The position numbers and the translations under genes are program-made. Of a stretch of DNA of 64,000 nt, positions 20,990-31,371 are shown piece after piece. This DNA is from an uncultured Bacteroidota bacterium. Its GTDB lineage: Bacteria; Bacteroidota; Ignavibacteria; UBA10030; UBA8401. Position 1 is the stretch's first letter, and each line of letters begins with the position of its first letter. The notes under the pieces are model-generated. The model was not told the DNA's origin, ran no database searches, and worked only from the letters and a program-made list of their open reading frames with translations. Location of the stretch: positions 261,889 through 325,888 of the forward strand of contig CAWGZY010000002.1 in the NCBI GenBank assembly GCA_963827085.1. The letters run 5' to 3'.

Positions 20990-22057
20990 TCAACCGGATG
21001 CTCCCAGAAGTTGCTTGACTGATGTTATCACGCGTTCGGGGTAGAGATATTGCATACAATTATTGGGGCATGTCGGAGAATAATAGCATGTACACTCGAA
21101 CTCGGGTTCCAGGATTTCCCCGAGCCCGTACAACTCAAATTCATTTTTGTTAAAAATATTATTGAACAATACAATCTTCTTTTCCCGCCCGATCGTGATG
21201 TGCATCGCCATCGTTACTGCGGTCACGACGAGGTCGCACTGGTCGATGAGATTGATAAATTGCTTCAATGGATAGTGGCCGAAATATTTTGCCTTCGTCG
21301 CCTTCGCAATCTTCATGTTTTTCTTATGCTCTTGTTCCCCTCCGAGAAGGAATACTTCGTAGCCGGCTTTCCTGAGCCCAATTGCCGCTGCGATCCAATA
21401 TTTTTCAGGCCAGAGGCGCGACGTCCAGCGTCCGCCGCAGCCGGTATTAAGGCCGACGACTTTTTTCTTTCCGCTGACCTCCCATCGTTTGTCTTTCCAC
21501 GGCTCGAACGGAAGGATATATTTCTCTCCGTTGAATTTGAACCCGCACACTTCAAAAATTTCCTGCGGATAGCTTTTGGTGTTTGCCTTGTTCGTGTCGT
21601 CGAACACACCGGTGAGAAATTTCGCTTCGGCATCTTTGTCCACGGGAGCGCACGCCCCGTTTTTCAAAACGAATCCTTTTTTAACATCCGCGGCAATCTG
21701 GAGGGCAAGCGCGCACGCCTCGCTGTCTTTGTCCAGGTTGTAAAGGATGTCGAATTTCATGGAACGCAGCGCGACAACATTTTCCAGCGTAAATTTCATC
21801 CGGACATCGACGGACTCCGGCAGCATTTCCGGAGTCAGCGTAAGCCACCAGATTTTTGCGTGCGGAAATTCTTTTTGCAGGCGGTGAAGAAGCGGGGTCG
21901 TTCGGATAATGTCGCCGATAGCGCCGAGTTTGATGATCAGGATATTCTTGTCGATGCTGTCGTAATACGTACAGCTCTCGCAGTGAACGCCGTGCAGCTT
22001 ATGGGGTTTGCAAGGAACATCGCCGCGGAAGGAACGGCAGTCGGTCTTCAGAATCAT
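20990..22057 (-). CDS. Glycosyltransferase family 9 (heptosyltransferase-like)
   Basis: ...ILIIKLGAIGDIIRTTPLLHRL... typical of the GT9 N-terminus. 355 aa. Confidence 0.8.
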   Translation of the reverse strand: MILKTDCRSFRGDVPCKPHKLHGVHCESCTYYDSIDKNILIIKLGAIGDIIRTTPLLHRLQKEFPHAKIWWLTLTPEMLPESVDVRMKFTLENVVALRSMKFDILYNLDKDSEACALALQIAADVKKGFVLKNGACAPVDKDAEAKFLTGVFDDTNKANTKSYPQEIFEVCGFKFNGEKYILPFEPWKDKRWEVSGKKKVVGLNTGCGGRWTSRLWPEKYWIAAAIGLRKAGYEVFLLGGEQEHKKNMKIAKATKAKYFGHYPLKQFINLIDQCDLVVTAVTMAMHITIGREKKIVLFNNIFNKNEFELYGLGEILEPEFECTCYYSPTCPNNCMQYLYPERVITSVKQLLGASG

Positions 22058-22152
22058 GAGTTTAGATAATACCGTTAGCTATGGTTGGCTGTATTCCAGA
22101 AAAGAGACACTTGATTCCTGCGAAGTGCGCGTGTTCCATCTCTCTTCGCACA

Positions 22153-23310
22153 TCACTTTATGATTTCCCTGATCGAGTATTCCTTTTCAACGTGTTGTCC
22201 TTTCGTGATCATCTCACCGAGCAAACCGATCGACACGAACTGGATTCCGACGATAATAAGGATCAACCCGACAAGGAACAGCGGACGATTGCTCAGCGCC
22301 GTCCTGCCGGCAATCCACTCTGCGGCAAGGTACCCATCAATGCACAGGCCGGCAAAAGCAGATACCATTCCCCACACGCCGAACAAATGGAGCGGCCGCG
22401 CAATATAGCGGGTGGTAAAGAGGACGGTGAGCAAATCGAGAAATCCTTTAAGAAATCTCCCCGTACCAAATTTCGTCTTCCCGTATTTTCTGGCGCGATG
22501 CTGGACGACGACCTCGCCGATCCGGAATCCCTGCCAGTGTGCAAGCGCCGGAATGTAGCGGTGCAATTCGCCGTAGACGTTGACGCTTTTTACCACGTCG
22601 CGGCGGTAAGCTTTCAAACCGCAGTTTGAATCGTGAATTTTTACACCCGTCATCACGCTCGTGACAAAATTGAAAAACTTTGACGGAAGTGTTTTTGTGA
22701 TGGGGTCGTGGCGTTTTTTCTTCCATCCTGAGACAACATCGTAGCCGGCTTTTATTTGTCTGATCAGGTTTGGAATTTCTGCCGGGTCATCCTGCAAATC
22801 GGCATCCATCGTGACGACATAATCGCCCTGCGCCCGCTGGAAACCGACCATCAGAGCAGCGCTCTTGCCATAGTTCCTGCGGAAGCGGATGACTTTAATG
22901 CGGTTGTTTCGAAAGTGAAGGTCGCGCAGTACCCGGAACGAATTATCGGTACTGCCGTCGTCGACAAAAATCAGCTCGTAGCGTCCGCCGAAGCGAACGA
23001 GAGTATTTTTCAATTGGTCGGCGAGTTCTTTCAGCGATTGTTCTTCATTATAGAGAGGGATGACGACGGAAATTTCGATGTTCTGCTGACGATGTTGGTT
23101 TGCCTGTTGCGGTGCTTTGTTCTCCTGCGGGGCTGCCACGGCACCCGTTGCTTCGCTCAGCGGAACGGATGAGGCAGGCGATTCAACGGCCGGCATTCCC
23201 TCCGTTGAAGCAGGTTCCGGCGGTTTCCTGTTCGGCCGGCGGTAACGAGGGTACCGGGAACGCCGAAATGATTCATCGCGCGGCTTCTGTTCGTTCGTTT
23301 CTTCTGCCAT
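22153..23310 (-). CDS. Glycosyltransferase family 2 (polyprenyl-phosphate sugar transferase, GtrB/ArnC-like) with a ~75-aa disordered N-terminal extension and two C-terminal TM helices
   Basis: ISVVIPLYNEE...DDGSTD...VTMDADLQDDP (DxD). C-terminal TM pair. Confidence 0.8.
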   Translation of the reverse strand: MAEETNEQKPRDESFRRSRYPRYRRPNRKPPEPASTEGMPAVESPASSVPLSEATGAVAAPQENKAPQQANQHRQQNIEISVVIPLYNEEQSLKELADQLKNTLVRFGGRYELIFVDDGSTDNSFRVLRDLHFRNNRIKVIRFRRNYGKSAALMVGFQRAQGDYVVTMDADLQDDPAEIPNLIRQIKAGYDVVSGWKKKRHDPITKTLPSKFFNFVTSVMTGVKIHDSNCGLKAYRRDVVKSVNVYGELHRYIPALAHWQGFRIGEVVVQHRARKYGKTKFGTGRFLKGFLDLLTVLFTTRYIARPLHLFGVWGMVSAFAGLCIDGYLAAEWIAGRTALSNRPLFLVGLILIIVGIQFVSIGLLGEMITKGQHVEKEYSIREIIK

Positions 23311-23604
23311 ACATCGCCATTTTTAGTAAACGTTCAGTGACTGAACAAAAGTAACACAATTCGCTTAGAAATGCAACGTTCGCAGTAGTTGTCGGTCACC
23401 TGTAACGTTCAACCGGAATCGACGGCGGTAAAATACTTCTTGCCATTCACGTGAAACTCCAGTAAATTTTTCCATTGCTTCCTACCGAGCGACAACGCCG
23501 AACAGCCAGTTCTTTATACCGGTATCGAACACGCGCGGCTTGTATTACCTAAAGCTTCGCGAAGCAAAGCTCTGAACAATCAGCGACTATCGAAAGAGAG
23601 CCAG

Positions 23605-25125
23605 ATGCTCCTTCACCACCAATTTGTCCGGATTGCCAAACAATTCGAAAACAAAATTGCCATCGTCGACCGCACGACAAACAGGCGAATGACGTACGGG
23701 AAGGCGCTTATCGCTGCGTTGATTCTTTCGGAGAAACTCAAGAAGTACGATGAGGGGTTTATCGGGATCATGATCCCGACCTCCGCCGGATGTGCATTAG
23801 CCGTTCTCGGAGCGTTGATGAACGGACGGATACCGGTGATGATCAACTATTCAACCGGGGCGGCCGCCAATGCGGAATACGCACAAAAAAAATGCGGGTT
23901 TAAAACAATTATCACATCGAAAGCGCTGCTGGATAAAATCAACTGCCGCAAAGTCGACGGAATGGTATTTATCGAAGACATCATGGAAAGCGTATCGATG
24001 TTCGATAAAATCAAGACCGCCTTGAAATCGAAGCTCCCCGCGCAAAACATCCTAAAAAAAATTTACGGCGGCGATGAGAATGATACACTCTTCATTCTTT
24101 TCACCAGCGGCAGCGAGAAGGAGCCAAAAGCGGTCCAGCTCACACACCGCAATATCGCCTCCAATATCGATAGCCTTGAAAAAGTGTACGGCCTCGCATC
24201 GACCGATACGTTTCTTGCCAACCTTCCGTATTTTCACATCTTCGGCCAAACCGCCAACCTTTGGGCGCCTCTCTATTTCGGCATGACGATTGTGACGTAT
24301 GCAAACCCTTTGGATTCCAAAGCAATTTGTACAATTGCACGCGAGGAAAAAGTCACGTTGATGGTCGGAACGCCGACATTCTTCTGGGGTTATTTGAATA
24401 AATCGGAAAAGGGGGATTTTGCATCTGTGCGAATCATGATTACCGGTGCGGATAAATGCCCGGAAGGGCTGCGACAAGGGTTCCTCGAGAAGCACGGGAT
24501 TGCGCTCCTTGAGGCATACGGTGCAACGGAAACGAGTCCTGCGATTACGGTCAACACCCACAGCAACAACAGGCCGGGGAGCGTCGGCAAGGTGATCCCA
24601 AACGTCCAGGTAAGGATGGAGAATTACGAAACGGGTGAACAATGCGCAGTGAACGAGATCGGAAAAATTCTCGTGAGGGGGGACAATATTATGAAGGGAT
24701 ATTTCGACGATTTCGAGCAGACGTCGTTAAGCATTCGCCACGGCTGGTATGACACCGGCGACATGGGGTATATGGATGAAGACGGGTATCTCTGGCATGT
24801 GGGAAGGTTGAAACGTTTTATGAAAATCGGCGGCGAGATGGTCTCGCTCGTCAAAGTTGAGGATATCCTGGAAAGGTTTCTCGCGCGCGATGTCCAATGC
24901 TGCGTAGTGGAAGTTCCCGACCATTTACGGGGAGCAAAGATTGTTGCCGTCGTAACGCAAAAGCTCGATGAAAAAGCAATCCTAAAAAAAATGTCCGAAC
25001 ATCTTCCGAACATCGCTCTCCCAAAACAATTCGTCGTCCTTGACGATCTTCCGAAAATGGGAAGCGGCAAGGTCGATTTCAGAAAAATTACGGACATGGT
25101 CCGTGATATGGTTCAATCACGATAA
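23605..25125 (+). CDS. AMP-dependent synthetase/ligase (acyl-ACP or acyl-CoA synthetase, Aas-like)
   Basis: ILFTSGSEKEPKAV (AMP-binding motif), TGDMGYMDEDGYL, GGEMVS. 506 aa. Confidence 0.8.
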   Translation: MLLHHQFVRIAKQFENKIAIVDRTTNRRMTYGKALIAALILSEKLKKYDEGFIGIMIPTSAGCALAVLGALMNGRIPVMINYSTGAAANAEYAQKKCGFKTIITSKALLDKINCRKVDGMVFIEDIMESVSMFDKIKTALKSKLPAQNILKKIYGGDENDTLFILFTSGSEKEPKAVQLTHRNIASNIDSLEKVYGLASTDTFLANLPYFHIFGQTANLWAPLYFGMTIVTYANPLDSKAICTIAREEKVTLMVGTPTFFWGYLNKSEKGDFASVRIMITGADKCPEGLRQGFLEKHGIALLEAYGATETSPAITVNTHSNNRPGSVGKVIPNVQVRMENYETGEQCAVNEIGKILVRGDNIMKGYFDDFEQTSLSIRHGWYDTGDMGYMDEDGYLWHVGRLKRFMKIGGEMVSLVKVEDILERFLARDVQCCVVEVPDHLRGAKIVAVVTQKLDEKAILKKMSEHLPNIALPKQFVVLDDLPKMGSGKVDFRKITDMVRDMVQSR

Positions 25126-25170
25126 GATTTGTTCTCCCTTCGTTGAGGGGGGACTGCAAAAAGCCCGGCG

Positions 25171-25842
25171 TTAAGCTCCTTCTTTGTTGACAATGAACCC
25201 GTAATCCTTGGCGAACTGAACAAGGTTTACGATATCATAAATATCAAGTTTCTTTTTCAAAGCGGTAAAATGTTTGTCGACGGATGATTTGCTCATCGAG
25301 AGCCGTTCGCCGATTTTTTCGGTTTTAAGCCCTTGCGTCAGAAATGAAAGAATTTCCATCTCGAGGTCTGTTAAGGGCTCACGAATATGCGATAGCTTTT
25401 CCAGCTCGGCAGAATGTTTCTTGAGCAATCCCTCAACCATAATACGCGAGACGCTCGGGCTGAAGAATCGCTTCCCTTCCGCGACGATCCGAATAGCGTC
25501 CGCCAACTCATCCTTCCCGACGTTCTTCACAACATAGCCGCCTGCGCCTGACCTAAGAATTTGCGTAACGTACTTTTCATTCTCAAAGCCGCTCAGAATG
25601 AGTATTTTCGTTTTGGGATATTTGAGTTTAATGATCTTGGCGGCCTCAACCCCCGACATTTTCGGCATTTCAAGGTCGAGAATGACGACATCGGGAGTGT
25701 GTTTCTTCACTGCGGCAACCGCTGCTTCTCCGTCGGAAGCCTGGCCGACGACCTCAAAACCGTCGACGGTTGAAAGTAATGCTGATATTCCAAGGCGAAC
25801 AACATCGTGATCGTCCGCCATAACGATGCGAATCTTTTTCAT
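25171..25842 (-). CDS. NarL/FixJ-family response regulator (REC + LuxR-type HTH)
   Basis: IRIVMADDHDVVR...DVVILDLEMP...LTDLEMEILSFLTQGLKTEKIGERL. Confidence 0.85.
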   Translation of the reverse strand: MKKIRIVMADDHDVVRLGISALLSTVDGFEVVGQASDGEAAVAAVKKHTPDVVILDLEMPKMSGVEAAKIIKLKYPKTKILILSGFENEKYVTQILRSGAGGYVVKNVGKDELADAIRIVAEGKRFFSPSVSRIMVEGLLKKHSAELEKLSHIREPLTDLEMEILSFLTQGLKTEKIGERLSMSKSSVDKHFTALKKKLDIYDIVNLVQFAKDYGFIVNKEGA

Positions 25843-25960
25843 AATTCTTCCTTTTGTTTCATATGATAACTCTTTTCTATTAAAAAGTATTTAATAGAGA
25901 AGCCAATGTCAAGGTCGGAATCATTCAAAGTATGCCGCGTCGGATATAGCTGTCAGACAC

Positions 25961-26176
25961 CTTAACTTATGTTACGCAAAAGCCCAATGTTATCGCCACG
26001 AAGTCACAAAGTTACTAAGAAAAACAACCTTTTTTATTAATGCACTTAACAGAATTACGATTTCCTTAAAAGTCTTTGAACTTGGTGCCTTCTGCCAGCG
26101 GCATCTCCCAACGGGATCGCTTCGCGAACGTTGGGAGTGGCAAAGCTTTTAAACTCTGGCAACATCAGTGATTAAA
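25961..26176. repeat. MITE-like repeat family 2, copy H2
   Basis: ttaacttatgttacgcaaaag ... ggcaaagcttttaaactctggcaacatcagtgattaaa. The interior carries a tctcccaacgggatcgcttcgcgaacgttgggag hairpin that is shared with 58385-58565. Confidence 0.7.
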
Positions 26177-26322
26177 TAATCGTCGACGTTAATCGAGAAG
26201 GTGTCCAACAGCTCTCGAAACAGTGCCGCTGTCCCATCCTTTTCGTTGACAAACCAGAAACTGTTTGCTATATTTTTCCACAAATAAACGCCGATAAAAC
26301 AGATCCAACCAGTTGGCATTGA

Positions 26323-27141
26323 GTGAACCGGCCAAAAAAATCTCTCGGACAGAACTTTCTTATCGACCCGAACGTGGCGCGGAAAATTGTCCGGTCGCTG
26401 GAACTCCGGAGATCTGACCGTGTCCTCGAAATCGGCCCCGGAAAAGGCGCATTGACGGCACTTCTGCTGGCTGAATTACCCGCAATCACTGCCGTCGAAA
26501 TCGACGATCAGCTCGCCGCGGAATTACGGGCAACGCACGGAAACGCATTGACTCTTTATCACGACGATGTGCTGAATCTTGACCCGCGCTCCATCGCAAA
26601 AGGACAGAACGGAAAGCTACGCATCGTCGGGAATATCCCTTACAACATTACCAGCCCAATCCTTTTCTGGGCCATCGATTCTTCCGATGTCATCATGGAC
26701 TGCACGTTGATGATTCAGCACGAGGTAGCACGGCGGCTGGTGGCAAAGCCGCGTTCAAAGGAGTACGGAATTCTGTCGGTTTTTGCACAGTATTACTCTG
26801 CACCGGAATTGAAATTCACCGTTGCTCCCGGCTCATTTTATCCTGTACCTGAGGTAACGTCCGCAGTGGTATTGCTGGATTTCCAACGGCCGCATCTTTC
26901 ACGTGCTGCTGATGATGCGATGTTCCGCGCGGTAGTGCGGGGAACGTTCGGCCAGCGGCGCAAAATGCTGCGCAACGGTTTGCGGACGCTTAATGTGCCG
27001 TCAGATTTTTTTCAGAAATCCGCCGTGAATTTCAGCCGACGCCCCGAGGAGTTATCCGTCGAAGATTTTGTCAACCTTTCAAACGAACTATCGTTATTCA
27101 CCGGCGAGCGACCGCCAAAAACATTCCGCACTGCGCCATGA
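26323..27141 (+). CDS. ksgA: 16S rRNA (adenine1518/1519-N6)-dimethyltransferase
   Basis: SLGQNFLIDPNVARKIV...LEIGPGKGALT. Confidence 0.9.
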   Translation: MNRPKKSLGQNFLIDPNVARKIVRSLELRRSDRVLEIGPGKGALTALLLAELPAITAVEIDDQLAAELRATHGNALTLYHDDVLNLDPRSIAKGQNGKLRIVGNIPYNITSPILFWAIDSSDVIMDCTLMIQHEVARRLVAKPRSKEYGILSVFAQYYSAPELKFTVAPGSFYPVPEVTSAVVLLDFQRPHLSRAADDAMFRAVVRGTFGQRRKMLRNGLRTLNVPSDFFQKSAVNFSRRPEELSVEDFVNLSNELSLFTGERPPKTFRTAP

Positions 27142-28103
27142 CTTTCTCCTCCCGCCTTCGCATCACGTTGTTAACCACGGGCGATATAGCGACAATACTA
27201 TTTCTCTCCGTTCTTTCGTTGTTAAATATATTTTTTTTTAGTGTAATCCCGTATTGGTTTGTTCTTGTCGGATGCAACGTTCTTTTCATTTGCCTCATCC
27301 TCTTTTTCGCTCAGAAAGCAAAGGAGACCCGCTTCCGTCTCGTCGGGCATATCCGCGACTGGTATCCGGTCCCGATGATTTTTTTCGTTTTTAAAGAAAC
27401 ATATCTCATGGTCCATCCGATTCATCCTCAGGACTATGACTGGCTGCTCATCAACATCGACAGATGGATCTTCGGCGGCGACCCAACACGCTGGCTCTCA
27501 ACCTTTGCGCATCCATTCGTGACTGAAATCCTTCAGATCAGTTATGCAAGCTATTACCTCATTTTGTTGAGCGTGTTCTTCGAGTTGAGCATCGAGAGGC
27601 GCCACACGGAATATTTTTTGGGATCGTTTCTGGTTATTTATGGATTCTATCTGTCGTATATCGGCTATTTTTTGCTGCCGGCCGTCGGTCCTCGATTTAC
27701 GCTGTACGATTTTAATTCTTTGGACAGTTCATTGCCAGGAATCTGGGCGACGAATGCACTGCGCGATTTTGTGAACGCGGGTGAATCGATACCGAGAAAC
27801 GTACCGAACGCGATCGACTTCGCACAGCGTGATGCATTCCCGAGCGGACACACGCAGCTCACTCTCACCATTCTTTACATTGCATTTACGAATAACATTA
27901 AAAGCCGCTGGGTGTTGCTGGTCGCCGGTTCGCTGCTCATTATTTCAACCGTCTACCTTCGTTACCATTACGCCATAGATGTGATTGCAGGAGTTATCTT
28001 TTTCCTTTTTACAGTTTGGAGCGGGAAAAAAATCGATATGGGTTGGAGAAAGTTCAAAAAAAAATTGCGGACTGCCGAGGATGGAATTATACAGACGAAG
28101 TAA
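27138..28103 (+). CDS. PAP2-superfamily membrane phosphatase/transferase
   Basis: PSGHT and SRxxxxxHxxxD-like YLRYHYAIDV motifs, multiple TM helices, ATGA overlap with ksgA. Confidence 0.7.
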   Translation: MTFSSRLRITLLTTGDIATILFLSVLSLLNIFFFSVIPYWFVLVGCNVLFICLILFFAQKAKETRFRLVGHIRDWYPVPMIFFVFKETYLMVHPIHPQDYDWLLINIDRWIFGGDPTRWLSTFAHPFVTEILQISYASYYLILLSVFFELSIERRHTEYFLGSFLVIYGFYLSYIGYFLLPAVGPRFTLYDFNSLDSSLPGIWATNALRDFVNAGESIPRNVPNAIDFAQRDAFPSGHTQLTLTILYIAFTNNIKSRWVLLVAGSLLIISTVYLRYHYAIDVIAGVIFFLFTVWSGKKIDMGWRKFKKKLRTAEDGIIQTK

Positions 28104-28151
28104 ATACGCCTTGCCTTCCAGGGAGAATTTTCGTACTTTTGTGATGCTAAA

Positions 28152-28179
28152 AAGCCTGTCGTAACACGACGGGCTTTTT
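28152..28179 (+). terminator. Terminator hairpin after the PAP2 gene
   Basis: aagcctgtcg taaca cgacgggctt + ttt. Confidence 0.5.
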
Positions 28180-28187
28180 GAATCTAT

Positions 28188-28262
28188 GGTGGCCATAGTT
28201 CAGTTGGTTAGAACGCTAGGTTGTGGCCCTAGAGGTCGTGGGTTCAAGTCCCACTGGCCACC
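28188..28262 (+). tRNA. tRNA-His (GUG) with an encoded G-1
   Basis: Cloverleaf: acceptor GTGGCCA/TGGCCAC, D-arm GTTC..GAAC, anticodon stem CTAGG/CCTAG with loop TTGTGGC, T-arm GTGGG TTCAAGT CCCAC, discriminator C. Confidence 0.85.
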
Positions 28263-28396
28263 CGAGAGTAATTAAAAATTAATAATTAGGAATTATGAAT
28301 TGAAAGTTAAAAGTAGTTGAATTGAGCAGGATCCAATGACCGCGAGGTGTCGGTCCAATTTTTGATTTTTAATTCATAACTACTAATTGCTTTATC

Positions 28397-28469
28397 GTCC
28401 CCATCGTCTAGAGGCCTAGGACCGGAGCTTTTCAAGCTTCTAACACGAGTTCGAATCTCGTTGGGGACA
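28397..28469 (+). tRNA. tRNA-Glu (UUC)
   Basis: GTCCCCATCGTCTAGAGGCCTAGGAC C GGAGC TTTTCAA GCTTC ... ACGAG TTCGAAT CTCGT TGGGGAC A. Closely resembles bacterial tRNA-Glu. Confidence 0.9.
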
Positions 28470-28477
28470 CACAATCG

Positions 28478-28513
28478 CCACTTAATTCGAAAGTTTTAAG
28501 TGGTTTTGTTTTT
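28478..28513 (+). terminator. Terminator after tRNA-Glu (ccacttaa ... ttaagtgg + TTTTGTTTTT)
   Basis: 8-bp stem, 10-nt loop, T-run. Confidence 0.65.
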
Positions 28514-28692
28514 TCATCCCACACCACATTTTGTATAAAAATTAGCAACACTTTATACAAAAGTGATCTGCACCCCAAAAAGTATACACGTAGTTAAGCC
28601 ACAGTTTGCTTGAGCAGTTGATGTTCAAATTGCTCGGACGATAGGTATCCGAGCGCGGAATGCTTGGCATGTGCAAACGGATGGTTTCTATA

Positions 28693-29232
28693 TTATTCCT
28701 GATTATGCACCTTGGCCGAAGCCAGCCGGACAAACACTGGCACTATCATCCTATGGAGGAGAAATGCTATCGGGGGGCCGATGAGAGCCCATGCAACGAT
28801 CGCGTGCAGTGTTGCCCACCACAACGAACGGATTGCGCCAAGAGTATCTGTGTGCACCATCGCTAGTATTTGAAAAGCAGAGAGAGAGATGGGCGAGGCA
28901 CCGGAAAGAACCTCACCGAGTCGTATAAGCACCGGAAGAAGAAGCAACTGGAGCGGAAACGCAAAATAATTCACGAGTTGGACGGCGGGGAGGTTCAGGT
29001 CGAAGGCAATGCTCGCGGCTGTGCACAGGATGGTCGTTGATCCAATCACGGGAAATGTGCTGATCGTAGCCCCGGACACAACACTCAACGCCAGCTTCTC
29101 CGGAGAAAGTCCCTGAGTCAGAAGGGAGAGAAGCGGGCGGAGAAGCGTTCGCTGAAGGAAAAGTTTTATCTGCTGTATGACGAGCATTAGTTCATCGGAA
29201 AGGGGATGTTTGAAATTATGGACGAAGCTCAC
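28693..29232 (-). CDS. Small polytopic membrane protein (DUF2062-like)
   Basis: ...LTQGLSPEKLALSVVSGATISTFPVIGSTTILCTAASIAFDLNLPAVQLVNYFAFPLQ... Transcribed divergently from the CarH-like promoter. Confidence 0.5.
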   Translation of the reverse strand: MSFVHNFKHPLSDELMLVIQQIKLFLQRTLLRPLLSLLTQGLSPEKLALSVVSGATISTFPVIGSTTILCTAASIAFDLNLPAVQLVNYFAFPLQLLLLPVLIRLGEVLSGASPISLSAFQILAMVHTDTLGAIRSLWWATLHAIVAWALIGPPIAFLLHRMIVPVFVRLASAKVHNQE

Positions 29233-29346
29233 AATCTACGTGATTGAACATCAAGTTCTTTCCGCTGGTTCCGCAATGGTGGTCGAAGAGGCAGCGACCG
29301 TTCTCACCTGTCCGGCGGGAATCTGAGGGGGGTATGCAAAAAAAAC

Positions 29347-29398
29347 TTGACAAATCGAAATTTCTACATTATCTTAAACCGTGCATATCGTGCATATC
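29347..29398 (+). promoter_or_regulatory. Promoter of the CarH-like operon: TTGACA, 17 bp, TATCTT, immediately followed by the tandem direct repeat CGTGCATAT CGTGCATAT (candidate operator)
   Basis: ttgaca at 29347-29352, tatctt at 29370-29375, repeats at 29380-29397. Sits inside the N-terminal extension of the track ORF, so the true start is the GTG at 29419. Confidence 0.5.
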
Positions 29399-29418
29399 AT
29401 CTAAAACAGGTATTTGCG

Positions 29419-30312
29419 GTGAAAGCGACCTACTCAACGGCGGATCTCGCCAAGCTCTTCGACGTCAACGAATCGACCGTTAAACGGTGGTCGGACGCTG
29501 GTGATTTGCAGTGTGTTAAGACTCGGGGGGGACACCGGCGGTTTTCCGTGGGATCGGTCATGCAGTTCGTGCATCAACACAAACTCTCTGCACCCCTTCT
29601 TTCCGCTGAGGGCATCAAGGACGAAAATCTCCGAGTCCATGTAATCGCAGGCAATATTCAGAAGCTAGTACCGGAATTCAAAAAGGAAATACTCGCAGGA
29701 AATGTGAATGGGGCACTAAATGTTGTCCGAACTGCCTTCGCCGCGAAGCCAAGTTTTCTTGAAATCTGTTCAACGGTTGTCTTCCCTGCCCTCAGGGAAA
29801 TCGGCGAAGAATGGCATGCGAAAACAATTTCCATCGACCGGGAACACGTCGCCACCAACACCGTAAAGGAAGCGTTGACCCTCTTCCAGTCGGATATCCA
29901 CCACAAAGAACCGAACGGATTGAAAGCCCTGTGTGCCTGTATTGAAGGAGATTTGCACGATGTTGCAATCCGTTGCGTAGGATATTACCTCGAGACTGAA
30001 GGCTGGCACGTTACGTTTCTCGGGCAATCGTCTCCGTCGAAGTCGGTCGTCAATGCGATCAATGCAAACAAGCTGGACCTTATTGCACTCAGCGCAACGA
30101 TCGTAGAGAATGAACGAAAATTTCTTCATGCGATGAATAACGACATCCAACCTGCAGCCCGTCGCACGCGAGCAATGCTGGCTGTCGGCGGACATAATAT
30201 CAGGGCACGATTTGGCAAACGGATTAAGGCCGATCATCTTTGCGATTCAATCGCTGAGTTTGAATTAATCGCCCGCCCGGACAACTACAACCATCGAAAG
30301 AATGGCCGATGA
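29419..30312 (+). CDS. CarH/LitR-type light-sensing transcription regulator: MerR-type HTH fused to an adenosylcobalamin-binding domain
   Basis: HTH reads (M)KATYSTADLAKLFDVNESTVKRWSDAGDLQCVKTRGGHRRFS. Four-helix-bundle signature EEWHAKTISIDREH (W-x9-E-H). B12-binding core GDLHDVAIRCVGYYLETEGWHVTFLG...AVGG. Confidence 0.8.
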   Translation: MKATYSTADLAKLFDVNESTVKRWSDAGDLQCVKTRGGHRRFSVGSVMQFVHQHKLSAPLLSAEGIKDENLRVHVIAGNIQKLVPEFKKEILAGNVNGALNVVRTAFAAKPSFLEICSTVVFPALREIGEEWHAKTISIDREHVATNTVKEALTLFQSDIHHKEPNGLKALCACIEGDLHDVAIRCVGYYLETEGWHVTFLGQSSPSKSVVNAINANKLDLIALSATIVENERKFLHAMNNDIQPAARRTRAMLAVGGHNIRARFGKRIKADHLCDSIAEFELIARPDNYNHRKNGR

Positions 30313-30341
30313 AACAATCGGGCAGTCTCTATGAGGATTAG

Positions 30342-31366
30342 GTGATTACAGCTTTGCTCGAACATAATGTCCTCCCCGATTGGCTGATCCGGATCGGTAT
30401 TCGGAGGCTGCTGCATCGGCGGCTAAAGGAAGAGGCCAAAGCCGACTGCGAACTGCAGCAACAGCACTTCATGAATCTCGTCGAGGAATTGAGAAAGAGT
30501 CCGATCGCGATCCACACTGACGATGCGAACGAACAGCATTATGAGCTTCCCACAGAATTTTTCAAACTCATCCTCGGGAAGCACATGAAGTACAGTTCGG
30601 GGTACTGGAACGACGGCGTTAACAATTTGGACCGATCAGAAGCTGACATGCTTGCGCTCACCTGCCAACGAGCGCAGATCACCGACGGGATGAGCATTCT
30701 TGAATTAGGGTGCGGATGGGGATCCTTGTCGTTGTTTATGGCGGAGCAATTTCCAAAGGCGCATATTACGGCCGTCTCAAACTCGCGCACGCAGAAATCT
30801 TTTATCGACGGCGAATCTGCCCGGCGCGGCCTGAAGAACGTCGCTGTTATCACTGCGGACATCAACAACTTCCAACCGATGAACAATTCGACCGGGTCAT
30901 ATCGGTGGAAATGTTCGAGCACATGAGAAATTATGAAAGGTTGATGGCAAAGGTGGCCGGATTCTTACATCCCGCGGGGAAACTCTTCGTCCACATTTTC
31001 ACTCATAAAGATTTTGCCTATACATTTGAGGTCAGGGATAACTCCGACTGGATGTCACAATATTTCTTCACCGGCGGAATCATGCCCAGTGATCATTTGC
31101 TCCTCTATTTCTCGAAAAACCTGGCGGTCGAAGAACATTGGAGAGTCTCGGGCATCCACTACCACAAAACGAGTGAAGCCTGGCTTGCCAACATGGATGC
31201 CCACAAAGAAAAGATCTTCCCGATTCTTGCTCAAACCTATGGCAACGGCCAGGCTACAAAATGGTGGGTATCCTGGAGAGTATTTTTTATGTCATGTGCT
31301 GAATTGTGGGGTTTCAACGGCGGCGAAGAATGGTTTGTGAGTCACTACTTTTTCACGAAAAGGTAA
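30342..31366 (+). CDS. Cyclopropane-fatty-acyl-phospholipid-synthase-like SAM methyltransferase, interrupted by a 1-nt frameshift near 30896
   Basis: Frame 1 (30342-30926) reads ...LELGCGWGSLSLFMAEQFPKAHITAV...ITADINNFQP. Frame 2 continues DEQFDRVISVEMFEHM...GFLHPAGKLFVH, which is the canonical CMAS motif. GTG start with a gagga RBS. Confidence 0.75.
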
Positions 31367-31371
31367 CCTGC

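Noticed and set aside
19873-22069. Two long plus-strand ORFs (381 and 339 aa)
   Set aside because: They are antisense to the GT4 and GT9 glycosyltransferase genes, which have clear family motifs. The plus-strand frames are Arg/Phe-rich nonsense.
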